Positions 20,060 through 29,696 of a DNA stretch of 64,000 nucleotides are shown here, piece by piece (positions within the stretch are counted from its first letter, which is position 1; every line of letters starts with the position of its first letter). The notes beneath the pieces were generated by a model. The model worked only from the letters and a program-made list of their open reading frames with translations. It was not told the DNA's origin and did not search any database. Position numbers and translations under genes: made by a program. Origin of the DNA: an uncultured virus (IMG/VR IMGVR_UViG_3300018411_000016) (Duplodnaviria > Heunggongvirae > Uroviricota > Caudoviricetes); IMG/VR virus record IMGVR_UViG_3300018411_000016; one strand, given 5' to 3'.

Positions 20060-20491
20060 ATGATTTACACAGAAGAAAAACGAGATTTATTTACAGTACC
20101 AAAAGATTATTATTTAGCACACTGTATCAGTTCTGATTTTGGAATGGGTGCAGGTATAGTTGTTGAGTTCAACAAAAGGTTTGATATGAAAAATCGGCTG
20201 TTAAAGGAAACTAAATATCATAACGTATGGACTGATAATGGCTATTGCCTACGAATTGACAGAGTATTTAATCTAATAACAAAGGAAAAATATTGGAACA
20301 AGCCCACATATAGGACTATAAAAGAAGCCATAATTTGCATGAAAGACGAGGCTGTTAGAGATAACATTTCTAAAATTGCTATGCCTGTTATTGGTTGTGG
20401 TTTGGATAAATTAAAGTGGAACAAGGTTAAGGATATTATTCTGCAAGCATTTACTGAAACTGATGTTGAAATTTTAGTTTGTGTTAGATAG
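20060..20491 (+). CDS. macrodomain protein (TARG1/DarG-like)
   Basis: AHCISSDFGMGAGI, FNLITK, MPVIGCGLD. Confidence 0.88.
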   Translation: MIYTEEKRDLFTVPKDYYLAHCISSDFGMGAGIVVEFNKRFDMKNRLLKETKYHNVWTDNGYCLRIDRVFNLITKEKYWNKPTYRTIKEAIICMKDEAVRDNISKIAMPVIGCGLDKLKWNKVKDIILQAFTETDVEILVCVR

Positions 20492-20648
20492 TGTGTAAAA
20501 ATTATATGAATTTTCTGTAGATTTTTACAGCGAAAGATTAAGTGGTTTATGTAGTGTAGAATGTGGGGATGTTGTTGGCAGCGGTGACGAAAAGTGTATT
20601 AATTGTATAGCAAAATGGCTAGTCAAGAAACAAATAAATTTTCTAAAA

Positions 20649-20755
20649 TAAATTAAACAAATTATATTGACACAATCAGAAATATGTGGTAGTATTAATA
20701 CAAGGTTAAGGACAGAAGAACAAACCTAATAGAAACTAAAAAACAAATTAAACAA
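20649..20755 (+). promoter_or_regulatory. sigma-A promoter with flanking boxes
   Basis: TTGACA 20667, TG-N-TAGTAT 20690; boxes at 20649 and 20745. Confidence 0.75.
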
Positions 20756-20773
20756 TTATGAGGAGGAGAAGAA

Positions 20774-21580
20774 ATGGATAAGGTAATAGGAAGTATTTAT
20801 ACTACGGATGATTTAAGTATTTTTAAGACTAATAAAATGAATTCGGATTTAAAAATGTCTCACGTAAATAAAATGAAAGAAAGTATTTTAAAATGCGGTG
20901 GGGTGACAGGTGCGATAAGAGTAGATGAAGATTTTACTATTAGAGATGGTCATAACAGACTAAAGGCATTAGAATTATTGCAAAAAGAAGGAAAGAAGTT
21001 TGAAGTTAGCTATTATTTTACCATTAACAAAAATATAAACGAAATTGATGATTTAAAACAAACAAATACAGTGGTAAACAAAAAAGGAAACAATGAACTA
21101 ATACAAATGTATGCTAGAGCAGGAGATAAAAATTGCATTGAAATTTATTCTGTTGCAACACAATTGAATGTATCGCCATCTCTCATATGTAAGATTGGGA
21201 CAAAAGGTAGAATATTAGGTCATATATCAAAGTATTTAGAACAAGGAATTTTAAAAATAGAAAATAAAGAAAAGGTAATTTCATTTTTAAAGTGGTATAA
21301 AACACTACCAAAGGAAAAATTAGGAATAAAAGCAGATTTTGATGTTGACCTATTATACAGAGATTTTTATAGTAAAAGTTGGTTTGTTCCAGAATATTTT
21401 GAACAGGGAATTGAATTTGAATTTAATAAAAATTTAAGAAAGAAAGTTCCTGTAGAAGGAAATGCAAAAATGAAAAGAGATTTGTTTGTAAACATTTATA
21501 ATGGCAACAGAAAGAAAAATCGCATAATACATATGTATAATAACTTGAGAGATTATTCAGTAGAATTAAAAAATAATTAG
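20774..21580 (+). CDS. ParB/Srx N-terminal-like domain protein
   Basis: IRVDEDFTIRDGHNRLKAL. Confidence 0.7.
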   Translation: MDKVIGSIYTTDDLSIFKTNKMNSDLKMSHVNKMKESILKCGGVTGAIRVDEDFTIRDGHNRLKALELLQKEGKKFEVSYYFTINKNINEIDDLKQTNTVVNKKGNNELIQMYARAGDKNCIEIYSVATQLNVSPSLICKIGTKGRILGHISKYLEQGILKIENKEKVISFLKWYKTLPKEKLGIKADFDVDLLYRDFYSKSWFVPEYFEQGIEFEFNKNLRKKVPVEGNAKMKRDLFVNIYNGNRKKNRIIHMYNNLRDYSVELKNN

Positions 21581-21623
21581 GTTGTAAAATCAGAGTTTTA
21601 TTTAAAATTAATTTAAAAAGGAG

Positions 21624-21905
21624 ATGATTTTAAAAGTGAAAGCAGAAGAAATTTTAGAAATATCAAAATGTGGAGATTTATTCCCGTATGGTATTAGTGG
21701 TGTAAAAGCTAAATATAGGGAGTTAGCAAAAGAATGGCATCCTGATGTGAATAGAAGTCCAGACGCTTCTAAGGTATTTGCTAAAGTTAATGAACTTTAT
21801 GACAAGGCATTAAAACTTTTAAAGGATGGCATATGGGAAAAAACTAATTATATTCTTATTAGTGGAGAATCTGGCGAACAAAGAGCTAATGGTGGTATAA
21901 ATTAA
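21624..21905 (+). CDS. stand-alone J-domain protein (possibly truncated)
   Basis: KYRELAKEWHPD; bounded by core sites 21584 and 21912. Confidence 0.8.
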   Translation: MILKVKAEEILEISKCGDLFPYGISGVKAKYRELAKEWHPDVNRSPDASKVFAKVNELYDKALKLLKDGIWEKTNYILISGESGEQRANGGIN

Positions 21906-21962
21906 AATTGACTAAAACGAGCATTTTACAAGAATAAATTAAACAATTAAAGGAGATAAAGT

Positions 21963-22367
21963 ATGGGTTATGCGATTATAGGACTATTAGTAGGCGTTTT
22001 AATAATAATGTGTTTGATGCTGTGGTGGGATGTAAAAGAATATTCCTTTAAGGGCAAAAGGAGAACAATAGTAAAAAGTATTATCTTCTTTGCATCTATT
22101 GTTGATTTAATTATTCCTACTATGATTGGTTACAGCTTGAGCATTAATGAATCAATGAACTGGATTAAACAATATGAGATTTCAAAAACAACGATTGAGA
22201 ATAGTGCTAAAAATGAAAATCTATCAGGTTTTGAAAAGGTTGAACTTGTAAAACAAGCTGTTGAACTAAATCAAAAACTTGCAAGCAAACAATATGATTG
22301 TAAAACTTGGTATGGGTTTGGTATTAGTAAAGAAGTTTTAAATTTAGAAAATATAAGTCTTGATTAG
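21963..22367 (+). CDS. membrane protein, paralogue of 22474-22860
   Basis: 2 TM segments; shared QYxISK..LSGFE.VELVKQA.ELNQ.L..KQYDC..WYGF. Confidence 0.75.
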   Translation: MGYAIIGLLVGVLIIMCLMLWWDVKEYSFKGKRRTIVKSIIFFASIVDLIIPTMIGYSLSINESMNWIKQYEISKTTIENSAKNENLSGFEKVELVKQAVELNQKLASKQYDCKTWYGFGISKEVLNLENISLD

Positions 22368-22373
22368 TTCAAC

Positions 22374-22448
22374 ATACTATATGTAGTTAAAATACAACAA
22401 TGATAAACAATATATAGTAGTAAATAGGTTGTAAAATCTAGGTTTTAC
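22374..22448 (+). promoter_or_regulatory. tandem NrdR-box pair (22374-22389, 22405-22420), 10 bp, then core site 22431-22448
   Basis: ataCTATATGTAGtta / aaaCAATATATAGtag, 31 bp apart. Confidence 0.8.
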
Positions 22449-22473
22449 TAGAAAATAAAAGGAGGAATTTTGT

Positions 22474-22860
22474 ATGGGTTCATTGGTTTTAGGGCTATTG
22501 TGTGGCGGAGTATTAGCAGTTCTTATTTGTTTTTTATTGTGGGCAATAATTGATTATTTCATGGATGTAAAGAGTTTAACAATTGTTTCAATTTTTATTG
22601 TGATTACTACTTCAGCATTATTAATTAATTTATCAAAAAATGATTCAATAAAATGGTGTCAGCAATATCAAATTTCAAAAGAAACAATTCATAAAAGCAT
22701 TGATAATGAAAAACTTTCTGGATTTGAGAGAGTTGAACTTGTTAAACAAGCTACAGAATTAAATCAAAATCTTATTGGGAAACAATATGATTGTCAAAAA
22801 TGGTATGGATTTGATATGGATAAGTCAGTATTAGAGTTAACACCTATTGAATTAGACTAA
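22474..22860 (+). CDS. membrane protein, paralogue of 21963-22367
   Basis: same shared motifs as 21963-22367. Confidence 0.75.
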   Translation: MGSLVLGLLCGGVLAVLICFLLWAIIDYFMDVKSLTIVSIFIVITTSALLINLSKNDSIKWCQQYQISKETIHKSIDNEKLSGFERVELVKQATELNQNLIGKQYDCQKWYGFDMDKSVLELTPIELD

Positions 22861-22892
22861 GGATAAATAAAATATGAATTTGAAAGGAGATA

Positions 22893-23270
22893 ATGACGAT
22901 TAAATTACCAATAGAAGAAAGACAGAAATTTCAAATAGGTGATATTTGTAAAATTGTTGAAAAAGGAGCATTTGAATCACTGATTGAATATCCAGAATCA
23001 GAATTAGAAGATTATAAAAAAGAACGTGAATGTATTATTCTTCACACTTATTCACAAGTATTCTGGGGAAGTAATTTTTATGATTATTCAGTTTATTTGC
23101 TACCTAGAAATAAGAATGAATACACTGGAAGCTTGGCATGGATAGAAGAAAACCAATTGCGTTTTATTAGAAAACCAACGAATGAAGAAATTAATATTAT
23201 AGTTCAAGAGGATGATAAAATGTTGTCTTATAAGAATGGTCATTATAAATCAATACTTAAGAGTATATAA
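22893..23270 (+). CDS. hypothetical protein flanked by direct repeat ATAAAATATGAATTT
   Basis: repeat at 22867-22881 and 23267-23281. Confidence 0.7.
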   Translation: MTIKLPIEERQKFQIGDICKIVEKGAFESLIEYPESELEDYKKERECIILHTYSQVFWGSNFYDYSVYLLPRNKNEYTGSLAWIEENQLRFIRKPTNEEINIIVQEDDKMLSYKNGHYKSILKSI

Positions 23271-23283
23271 AATATGAATTTAA

Positions 23284-23454
23284 ATGGTTAATGAAACTAG
23301 TCAGTTACATAATTATGTTGTTGAGTTAATTGAAAAGGAATTAAAAAGCAACAAAGGTGTTTTTAGAAATTTAGAAATTATGAAAAATCTTGAGGTTATT
23401 AAAAACTCTAATACAAAATGGGACAATTCATCCGTATATCCAAAGAGCAACTAA
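23284..23454 (+). CDS. small ORF running from one core site to the next
   Basis: ATG 23284, TAA inside CTAAAA 23451; no clear RBS. Confidence 0.4.
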   Translation: MVNETSQLHNYVVELIEKELKSNKGVFRNLEIMKNLEVIKNSNTKWDNSSVYPKSN

Positions 23455-23511
23455 AACCGATGTTTTACACAAAACCCAAATAGATTAAACAACAAAAAGG
23501 AGAATGATAAT

Positions 23512-24048
23512 ATGGGGAATACAGGTAATGAAATGTCTAGGGAGATAATAAAACATATGTATGCAAGGTTGTTTACGCCATCAGAAGACGAGTATTTTAG
23601 ACAGGCTATGTCTTATGCAGGTGTAAGTGGTTATGGGAGGTCAAGGATTATGGAAGTCAGAAAGTCCACGGTAACTGATGTAAATGTAATTGTACCAGAC
23701 AAAGTAGTAGAAGTGACTTTTGCTGATGGTAGTAAACAGAAAACAGTGTGTGCGGATAGCGATATATTTTCACTTGAACAAGCTATTTCAATTTGCATTA
23801 CAAAGAACCTTATTGGTGGTACAAGCCATTATAATAAAGCTGTTAATGACGGTATAAAAGTATATGAGAAAAAGGTTGCTAAAGCCGAAGCTGATAAGGT
23901 AGAAGAAGAACGCATTAAAGCTAAGAGAGCTAAAGTAGCTGCTAAACGTGCTGAAAGAATTGCAAGAAGAAAAGCAAAAGAAATTGAGGAACAGATTGAA
24001 ATTCAGAAAGAAGCTATTATCAGGGCTAATAAGGAAATAGCAAAATAA
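23512..24048 (+). CDS. phage protein with C-terminal coiled coil
   Basis: AAGGAG RBS; VTFADGSK..VC...D.FSLEQAI motif. Confidence 0.7.
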   Translation: MGNTGNEMSREIIKHMYARLFTPSEDEYFRQAMSYAGVSGYGRSRIMEVRKSTVTDVNVIVPDKVVEVTFADGSKQKTVCADSDIFSLEQAISICITKNLIGGTSHYNKAVNDGIKVYEKKVAKAEADKVEEERIKAKRAKVAAKRAERIARRKAKEIEEQIEIQKEAIIRANKEIAK

Positions 24049-24078
24049 ATTAAACAAATACATGAAAATTACAAATTG

Positions 24079-24138
24079 AAAACCCTTGATTTTAGCGGAT
24101 TTCAGAGCCTATGATTTCCACTAAAACTTGGATTTTAC
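24079..24138 (+). repeat. AAACCCTTG box plus core site CTAAAA-CTTGGA-TTTTAC
   Basis: CCC at 24083, site starts 24121 (38-bp offset). Confidence 0.8.
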
Positions 24139-24184
24139 AAGAAATTAAATGAAAGGTTTGGAGTATTATAACTCGGTGAGATAA

Positions 24185-24913
24185 ATAGAAGATATTAAAT
24201 TATACAACGGAGATTGTTTAGAAGTGATGAAAGACATGCCAGATGGTAGTATAGATATGATATTATGCGATTTACCATATGGGACTACTCAATGTAAATG
24301 GGACACTATTATACCTTTCGAGCCATTATGGAAACAATACAATAGGGTAATTAAAGATAATGGGGCAATTGTACTATTTGGAAGTGAACCATTTACATCT
24401 ACTCTGATTTGTAGTAATCTTAAAAATTTTAAATATAATTGGATATGGCAAAAGAATAAGTCTACAGGATTTTTAAATGCAAAAAAACAGCCCTTGAATG
24501 ATAATGAAACGATTAGTGTATTTTACAAGAAACAATGTTTATATAATCCTCAAATGACTATAGCAGAAAGAATTTATAAAAGAGGACTTGCAAAGAGAAA
24601 CAAAAGTGACTGTTATGGAGAAGAAAAGGATTTTATACAAGAAGATAATGGTCTACGTTACCCAAAACGTATTCAATATTTCAATAACAATTATACACAA
24701 GAACAATTACACCCCACTCAAAAGCCAGTAGAACTTTGTGAGTATTTGATAAAAACATATACTAATGAAGGAATGACTGTTTTAGATAATTGTATGGGTT
24801 CTGGTAGCACTGGCGTAGCCTGTAAAAACCTTAATCGTAAATTCATAGGGATTGAATTAGATAATACATATTTTGAAATTGCAAAAGGAAGAATATCTGA
24901 ACACAATATATAG
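24185..24913 (+). CDS. N4-C/N6-A DNA methyltransferase (beta class), probable ATA start
   Basis: LYNGDCLE N-terminus upstream of the track start; CDLPY, HPTQKP, LDNCMGSGST. Confidence 0.9.
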   Translation: MEDIKLYNGDCLEVMKDMPDGSIDMILCDLPYGTTQCKWDTIIPFEPLWKQYNRVIKDNGAIVLFGSEPFTSTLICSNLKNFKYNWIWQKNKSTGFLNAKKQPLNDNETISVFYKKQCLYNPQMTIAERIYKRGLAKRNKSDCYGEEKDFIQEDNGLRYPKRIQYFNNNYTQEQLHPTQKPVELCEYLIKTYTNEGMTVLDNCMGSGSTGVACKNLNRKFIGIELDNTYFEIAKGRISEHNI

Positions 24914-24975
24914 TACAAATGTTAAACATCAACACTACATATAGTAACAAAGTTTTGGTAAAACACTTGTTTTAC
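24901..24975 (+). promoter_or_regulatory. tandem NrdR-box pair (24901-24916, 24932-24947), 10 bp, then core site 24958-24975
   Basis: acaCAATATATAGtac / acaCTACATATAGtaa, 31 bp apart. Confidence 0.8.
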
Positions 24976-25079
24976 TGGAAGTTAAATTATTGAAAATAAA
25001 TTAAATGAACTAAAATTAAACAAAAGGGAGGTGTTGGAAAGTGTAGCTACTTAAAAGATATATCGGCTCTCCTTATTAA

Positions 25080-26357
25080 TTGACTTGTGGAATTTACAAA
25101 ATTGAAAATAAAATAAATGGAAAAGTATACATAGGACAAAGTATAAACATCGAAAGAAGATGGCGTGAACATAATTGTAATTATATAAATAGTTCTACTG
25201 TTTTATATAAGGCTATAAGAAAACACGGGATAGCTAATTTTACTTTTGAAATCATTCATACTTGTAGCGAAAACGAATTAAATGAACTCGAAATATATTA
25301 TATTGAAAAATATAACAGCTTTGCATATAACTCAGGTTCGAATGGGTATAATATGACTTTCGGTGGAGACAACAACACGAGAGGAAGAATTGTATCAAAA
25401 TCACAAAAAGTTAAAACAAGCTTAACAGCAAAAGAAAGGCTTAAAAATAGAAAAAATCATCCATTATCAAAAGTTACAGTTTGTGATAACATAGAATTTG
25501 ATTCAATAAAAGATTGTGCAGAATACTTAAATATAAAATATGAAACTATGAGAGGGTATGTTTCAGGTAAAGAAAGTATGCCAATAAGTTTATATGAAAG
25601 AGGATTAAAGCTTAAATATGAAAATATTATCTATCAAAAGATTCCTGAAACAAGGGATTATATTAAAAAAGGGAAAGAAGTTGTGTGTGAGGAAATAATA
25701 TTTAGTAGTATAAAAGACTGTGCTAAATATTATGGTGTATATCATGGGGAGATGTGTCAGTGGTTAAAAAATAAAAAAATGCCGAAAAAATTCATAGAGA
25801 AAAGATTATGGTATAATAATGAAGAATTTCCGATAGATGAAATAAAAAACAATGTAGAAAACTCTATAGCAAAAAGAAACAATGCTTCAAAAAATAGGGT
25901 AAAAAAAATATTATGTTCAGATATGGTTTTTGAAAATATTCACGAATGTTCTAAGTATTTTAATATTAGTTTATCTACACTAAGGAGTTGGTTAAATCAT
26001 AGTAATAATATGCCAATCTATTATTACAATATGAATTTAAGATACGCAGATGAGAGTTTTGAAAATTATATTTGTCAGGAAACAACAGAAGATAAATCTA
26101 AAAGATTTTCTAAACAAGCGAAAAATAAATATGTTGGAGGGAGAAATCCTAATTCAATTAAAGTATTTTTTAACGGCATTATATTTTCGTGTATTAAAGA
26201 TTTATCGAATGAATTAAATATATCTTATGGTAAATTATTAAATTGGCTATCTCAAAAAGTGGAAACACCACAAAAATACATAGATTTAGGTTTGCGTTAT
26301 GCAACTGAAGAAGATTTAAAATTATATCCAATACATAGCAACGAAAACATCGCTTGA
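25080..26357 (+). CDS. free-standing GIY-YIG endonuclease with four repeated HTH (NUMOD1-like) modules
   Basis: GIYKI..VYIGQS..R..H; E and GYN; four FxSIKDCAxYL-type repeats. Confidence 0.9.
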   Translation: MTCGIYKIENKINGKVYIGQSINIERRWREHNCNYINSSTVLYKAIRKHGIANFTFEIIHTCSENELNELEIYYIEKYNSFAYNSGSNGYNMTFGGDNNTRGRIVSKSQKVKTSLTAKERLKNRKNHPLSKVTVCDNIEFDSIKDCAEYLNIKYETMRGYVSGKESMPISLYERGLKLKYENIIYQKIPETRDYIKKGKEVVCEEIIFSSIKDCAKYYGVYHGEMCQWLKNKKMPKKFIEKRLWYNNEEFPIDEIKNNVENSIAKRNNASKNRVKKILCSDMVFENIHECSKYFNISLSTLRSWLNHSNNMPIYYYNMNLRYADESFENYICQETTEDKSKRFSKQAKNKYVGGRNPNSIKVFFNGIIFSCIKDLSNELNISYGKLLNWLSQKVETPQKYIDLGLRYATEEDLKLYPIHSNENIA

Positions 26358-26360
26358 AAA

Positions 26361-26470
26361 TATATTAAATGAATTTTATCAAAAGCATTGACAAGCATAC
26401 ATAAAAGGAATATAATAGCAAGTGTGTTAGGGAAGGGAGGTGTTAATACACACAAAATAAATTAAACGAA
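26361..26470 (+). promoter_or_regulatory. sigma-A promoter with flanking boxes
   Basis: TTGACA 26388, TATAAT 26411; boxes at 26361 and 26457. Confidence 0.85.
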
Positions 26471-26510
26471 TTACAGTAAATTATTATTAAACAATCGAAG
26501 GAGGAATAAA

Positions 26511-26942
26511 ATGTTTTGTGATGTAGAAGAAGCTAAGAGATTTAAGGCAACAAGCGAGGAATTAATTAAATTAGTAAAAGAAAATTTACCAGAAGAATGT
26601 AGTCCTAGGTATATGGAGTGTATAGAGTTTGAAATTGGAAACAAAAGTTATGCTCTATCCGAAGTTGAAGAAGATGATGTAATAAGTGAAGGTAAATATG
26701 AGGATGGTGGAACTACATATCAGCTAGTAGAGTTCGATAAAACAATTGCAAGTTATCCTTGTATAAAAAGTATTACAGGAGAATATGACTTATTGGTGTA
26801 TGTTGGATTTAGTAGGTGCGGTTCATATTTTAGTGATTGGGAATATGAATATTGTGAACCACTTTTACAACAGATTACAATTGAAACTGTTCCAGAACAG
26901 ATTATGCCAGAACATGATGAGATAAAGGTAAAGTATTTATAA
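26511..26942 (+). CDS. acidic phage protein
   Basis: AGGAGG RBS; SRCGSYFSDWEY motif. Confidence 0.7.
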   Translation: MFCDVEEAKRFKATSEELIKLVKENLPEECSPRYMECIEFEIGNKSYALSEVEEDDVISEGKYEDGGTTYQLVEFDKTIASYPCIKSITGEYDLLVYVGFSRCGSYFSDWEYEYCEPLLQQITIETVPEQIMPEHDEIKVKYL

Positions 26943-26957
26943 GGAGAATAATACATA

Positions 26958-27386
26958 ATGAGAAAAGAAGATTTAAGATTACGAAGTTGGTATGGATGTG
27001 GTAACTATAGTGGTTCAGAGTGTTTGGTGGTTTTAGCTTATGATATCAATGATAAGGATTTTTTAGAAAATAATTGTGAAGAATTTTCTAAAAAAACAAT
27101 GGGCTTGGGAGAATTGGATGGTAAACACTCACAAGTAGAAAGCAACGAATATGAAGATAATGATGACATATTAGATGTTATATATATCTATGGAGATGCA
27201 GATACTTATAAATTAGAGAATATTAAATGGTCGTATAAAGAAGACACAGAAGTCTTTAAAAAATTGAAAAAAGCAGATGATTTTATTAAAAAGTTTAAAA
27301 TCGTAAAGAAATATAAACATAAGAAAACAGGAGAAATTTTAAATTTGGGTGAATACGAATTGTTAGAAGAAGTGGTTGAAAAGTAA
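26958..27386 (+). CDS. acidic phage protein
   Basis: LGELDGKHS motif. Confidence 0.7.
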   Translation: MRKEDLRLRSWYGCGNYSGSECLVVLAYDINDKDFLENNCEEFSKKTMGLGELDGKHSQVESNEYEDNDDILDVIYIYGDADTYKLENIKWSYKEDTEVFKKLKKADDFIKKFKIVKKYKHKKTGEILNLGEYELLEEVVEK

Positions 27387-27410
27387 TTTTAAAGAAAAAT
27401 GATAACACCT

Positions 27411-27470
27411 GAAACCCTTATAAATAGCGGAAAAGATATTAAACAAATTCTAGTAAAATTTATATTTTAC
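27411..27470 (+). repeat. AAACCCTT box plus core site GTAAAA-TTTATA-TTTTAC
   Basis: CCC at 27415, site starts 27453 (38-bp offset). Confidence 0.8.
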
Positions 27471-27602
27471 CTTGATATGATTTATACCCATATTGAGTTC
27501 ACATACATTTATATAGAGTTAATTACATTACCACCATTAGGTGTTGATATAGATTAAGCAAATTATTACTATTATACATATTTAAAGGAGAAGATTAAAC
27601 AT

Positions 27603-28562
27603 ATGAAAGAATTAATTAACAAGGTAACAGTAACAGGAACATTAGTAAAAAACACATTGGAAGAATTTACAACTAAAAAAGGTGCTGAAGCAATTGGCGG
27701 TTCTCTTATATTAAGAACTTCTGACGACAGTGAACATGAAATTAAATTTTATGCAAACAAATATAAGAAAGATGAAAACAAACAGTTTACAAGTGAAGAA
27801 GGCTATTTTTACAAAGCATATATGGACGCTAGAGAAAATTTGAAGGATTTGGAACATTGTAGTGATGGTGAAATTGCCGATGTTATTTCTATTAGCGATG
27901 GTTCAATTGGAATTAATGACTACAAAGGCAAAGATGGGGATGTTAAATCATATAACGAAGTGTCAGCGAAATTTATTAATAAAGTTGAAAATAAAGATTT
28001 GGAAACCACTCTTAAAATTGCTAAGTTTGAAGTAGAAGGTATTGTGGAGTCAATTACACCAGAAATTATCAAAGACATTCCAACAGGCAACAATGTAGTA
28101 AAGTTAAATGCTATCAGACAGACAGCTAATGGATTTGGTAAAGATGCAAAATATGAAGCTGATTCATTAATTCCTATCAAGTTAATAGTAGATAAATCTA
28201 TGGTTGAAATGTTTAATACGGCTGGTTACTATGATGGTTGCTATGCTAAATTTGTAGGAGTTCCTATAAATACAACAGATGTTGAAGAAATTGTAGAAAA
28301 ACAGGCATTTGGTGAGGACAATGTAAAAACCATAAAGACTACTATTAAAAAGTATGAAATTAAATCTGGTTCAGCACCAAGTACAATTTTCGAGCATGAA
28401 TTAACACAAGAAATTGTAGATGCTCTTATTGTAAAAAGAAAAACTGCATTGGCTGAAGTTAAAGCAGGTGTTAGCGGTACTGGAAATGAAACAAATGATA
28501 AACCACCGTTTGATGGAGGTACAAAAGCTCCTAACACATCATATAATCCATTTGCACAGTAA
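27603..28562 (+). CDS. probable ssDNA-binding protein (SPbeta YorF-like)
   Basis: beta-rich, flexible tail ending PPF/NPF; first gene of replication operon. Confidence 0.6.
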   Translation: MKELINKVTVTGTLVKNTLEEFTTKKGAEAIGGSLILRTSDDSEHEIKFYANKYKKDENKQFTSEEGYFYKAYMDARENLKDLEHCSDGEIADVISISDGSIGINDYKGKDGDVKSYNEVSAKFINKVENKDLETTLKIAKFEVEGIVESITPEIIKDIPTGNNVVKLNAIRQTANGFGKDAKYEADSLIPIKLIVDKSMVEMFNTAGYYDGCYAKFVGVPINTTDVEEIVEKQAFGEDNVKTIKTTIKKYEIKSGSAPSTIFEHELTQEIVDALIVKRKTALAEVKAGVSGTGNETNDKPPFDGGTKAPNTSYNPFAQ

Positions 28563-28666
28563 TTAACAAATAATTAGGTCAACATATTGTAATTTTAATT
28601 AACAAGTTATGATATGTTGACCGATACATAAAAATATAACAACATTTAAAAGGAGATTAAACGATT

Positions 28667-29650
28667 ATGGTAGGAAATTTGATGGATTTAACACCAAACA
28701 AGGTATCTGTAGATTTAACACAATATTCAATGGTTTGGATGGGTGATACTGGTGTAGGTAAGACAACTACAATGAAGAAATTTTTAGAAGAATTATATCC
28801 AGAGAAAAAACCATTTTTCTTAGAGTTTGAAGATAGATTTCAAAATATTCCTAATATTTTAGCTGTAAAAATTGACACCATGTCAGATTTTAAAGCTGTT
28901 ATAGCACAGTTAAAAAATCCAGCTTTAAAAAATAAATTTTCATGTATTGTTGTAGATACGCTTGATAAATTTGAAGAATTTTGTGAAAGATACGTCCTTG
29001 AAAATAGAGATGCTGAAATTTTAAAAGATGTTGGTGCTTTTGGAGAAGGTTCTTTGCGATTCAAAGGAGCATTGCGAAATATTGGAATATTGCAGAGTTT
29101 GGGTTATACAGTGCATGAGATTGCACAGTCTACACATTCTAAGGATTTTGATACCAAAAAGGAAAGTGATACATTAAAGCTTAACAAAAATACTTTTTCT
29201 TATTGTAGAGAAGCTGCTTATTTAGTTGGTTATATGTGGGAAGAAAAGGGAGAAAGATTTATTACTTTTAAGAAAACAGAAAAATATCCAGATTTAAAAG
29301 ATACGTTTGGATTACCAGACAAAATTAATGTAAAAGAATTGAAAGATGTATGGAATAAAGCGATTGTTGAGTTAGGTGGAGATTTTACAACAAAAGAAAA
29401 GACTATTGATAAAGAAGAAAAAGTAGAAGATTTTGAGGTAATAAAATCAAAAGGAATAGAACTAGGTGGACTATTAGCATCTAACGGTCATCTAGCAGAA
29501 GCCACAGCAGTATTACAAAAGAACATAGGAATTGATGAAAAAGGTAACATTAAGAGTTTTAATGATTTGAGAGAATCACAATTAGATTTAACAAAAGTTA
29601 TTGTTATGGAGTTACAGGAATTAGTTGTGAAATTTGGACTAAATAAATAA
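28667..29650 (+). CDS. AAA_24/Sak4-like ATPase
   Basis: GDTGVGKTT Walker A, IVVDT Walker B. Confidence 0.8.
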   Translation: MVGNLMDLTPNKVSVDLTQYSMVWMGDTGVGKTTTMKKFLEELYPEKKPFFLEFEDRFQNIPNILAVKIDTMSDFKAVIAQLKNPALKNKFSCIVVDTLDKFEEFCERYVLENRDAEILKDVGAFGEGSLRFKGALRNIGILQSLGYTVHEIAQSTHSKDFDTKKESDTLKLNKNTFSYCREAAYLVGYMWEEKGERFITFKKTEKYPDLKDTFGLPDKINVKELKDVWNKAIVELGGDFTTKEKTIDKEEKVEDFEVIKSKGIELGGLLASNGHLAEATAVLQKNIGIDEKGNIKSFNDLRESQLDLTKVIVMELQELVVKFGLNK

Positions 29651-29696
29651 TGGGATGGGAGATTTATTCTCCCTTTCTTTTAAAAGTAGGTGAGAA

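Noticed and set aside
20495..20530. GTAAAA followed by TTTT/TTTTAC after the macrodomain gene
   Set aside because: The spacer is not 6 bp.
25330..25345. GGTTCGAAT resembling a tRNA T-loop
   Set aside because: Inside the GIY-YIG ORF with no cloverleaf; I recognised no tRNA or rRNA in the window.
25080..26357. Group I intron around the GIY-YIG gene
   Set aside because: The flanking genes are complete and the intergenic gaps are too short for a ribozyme core.
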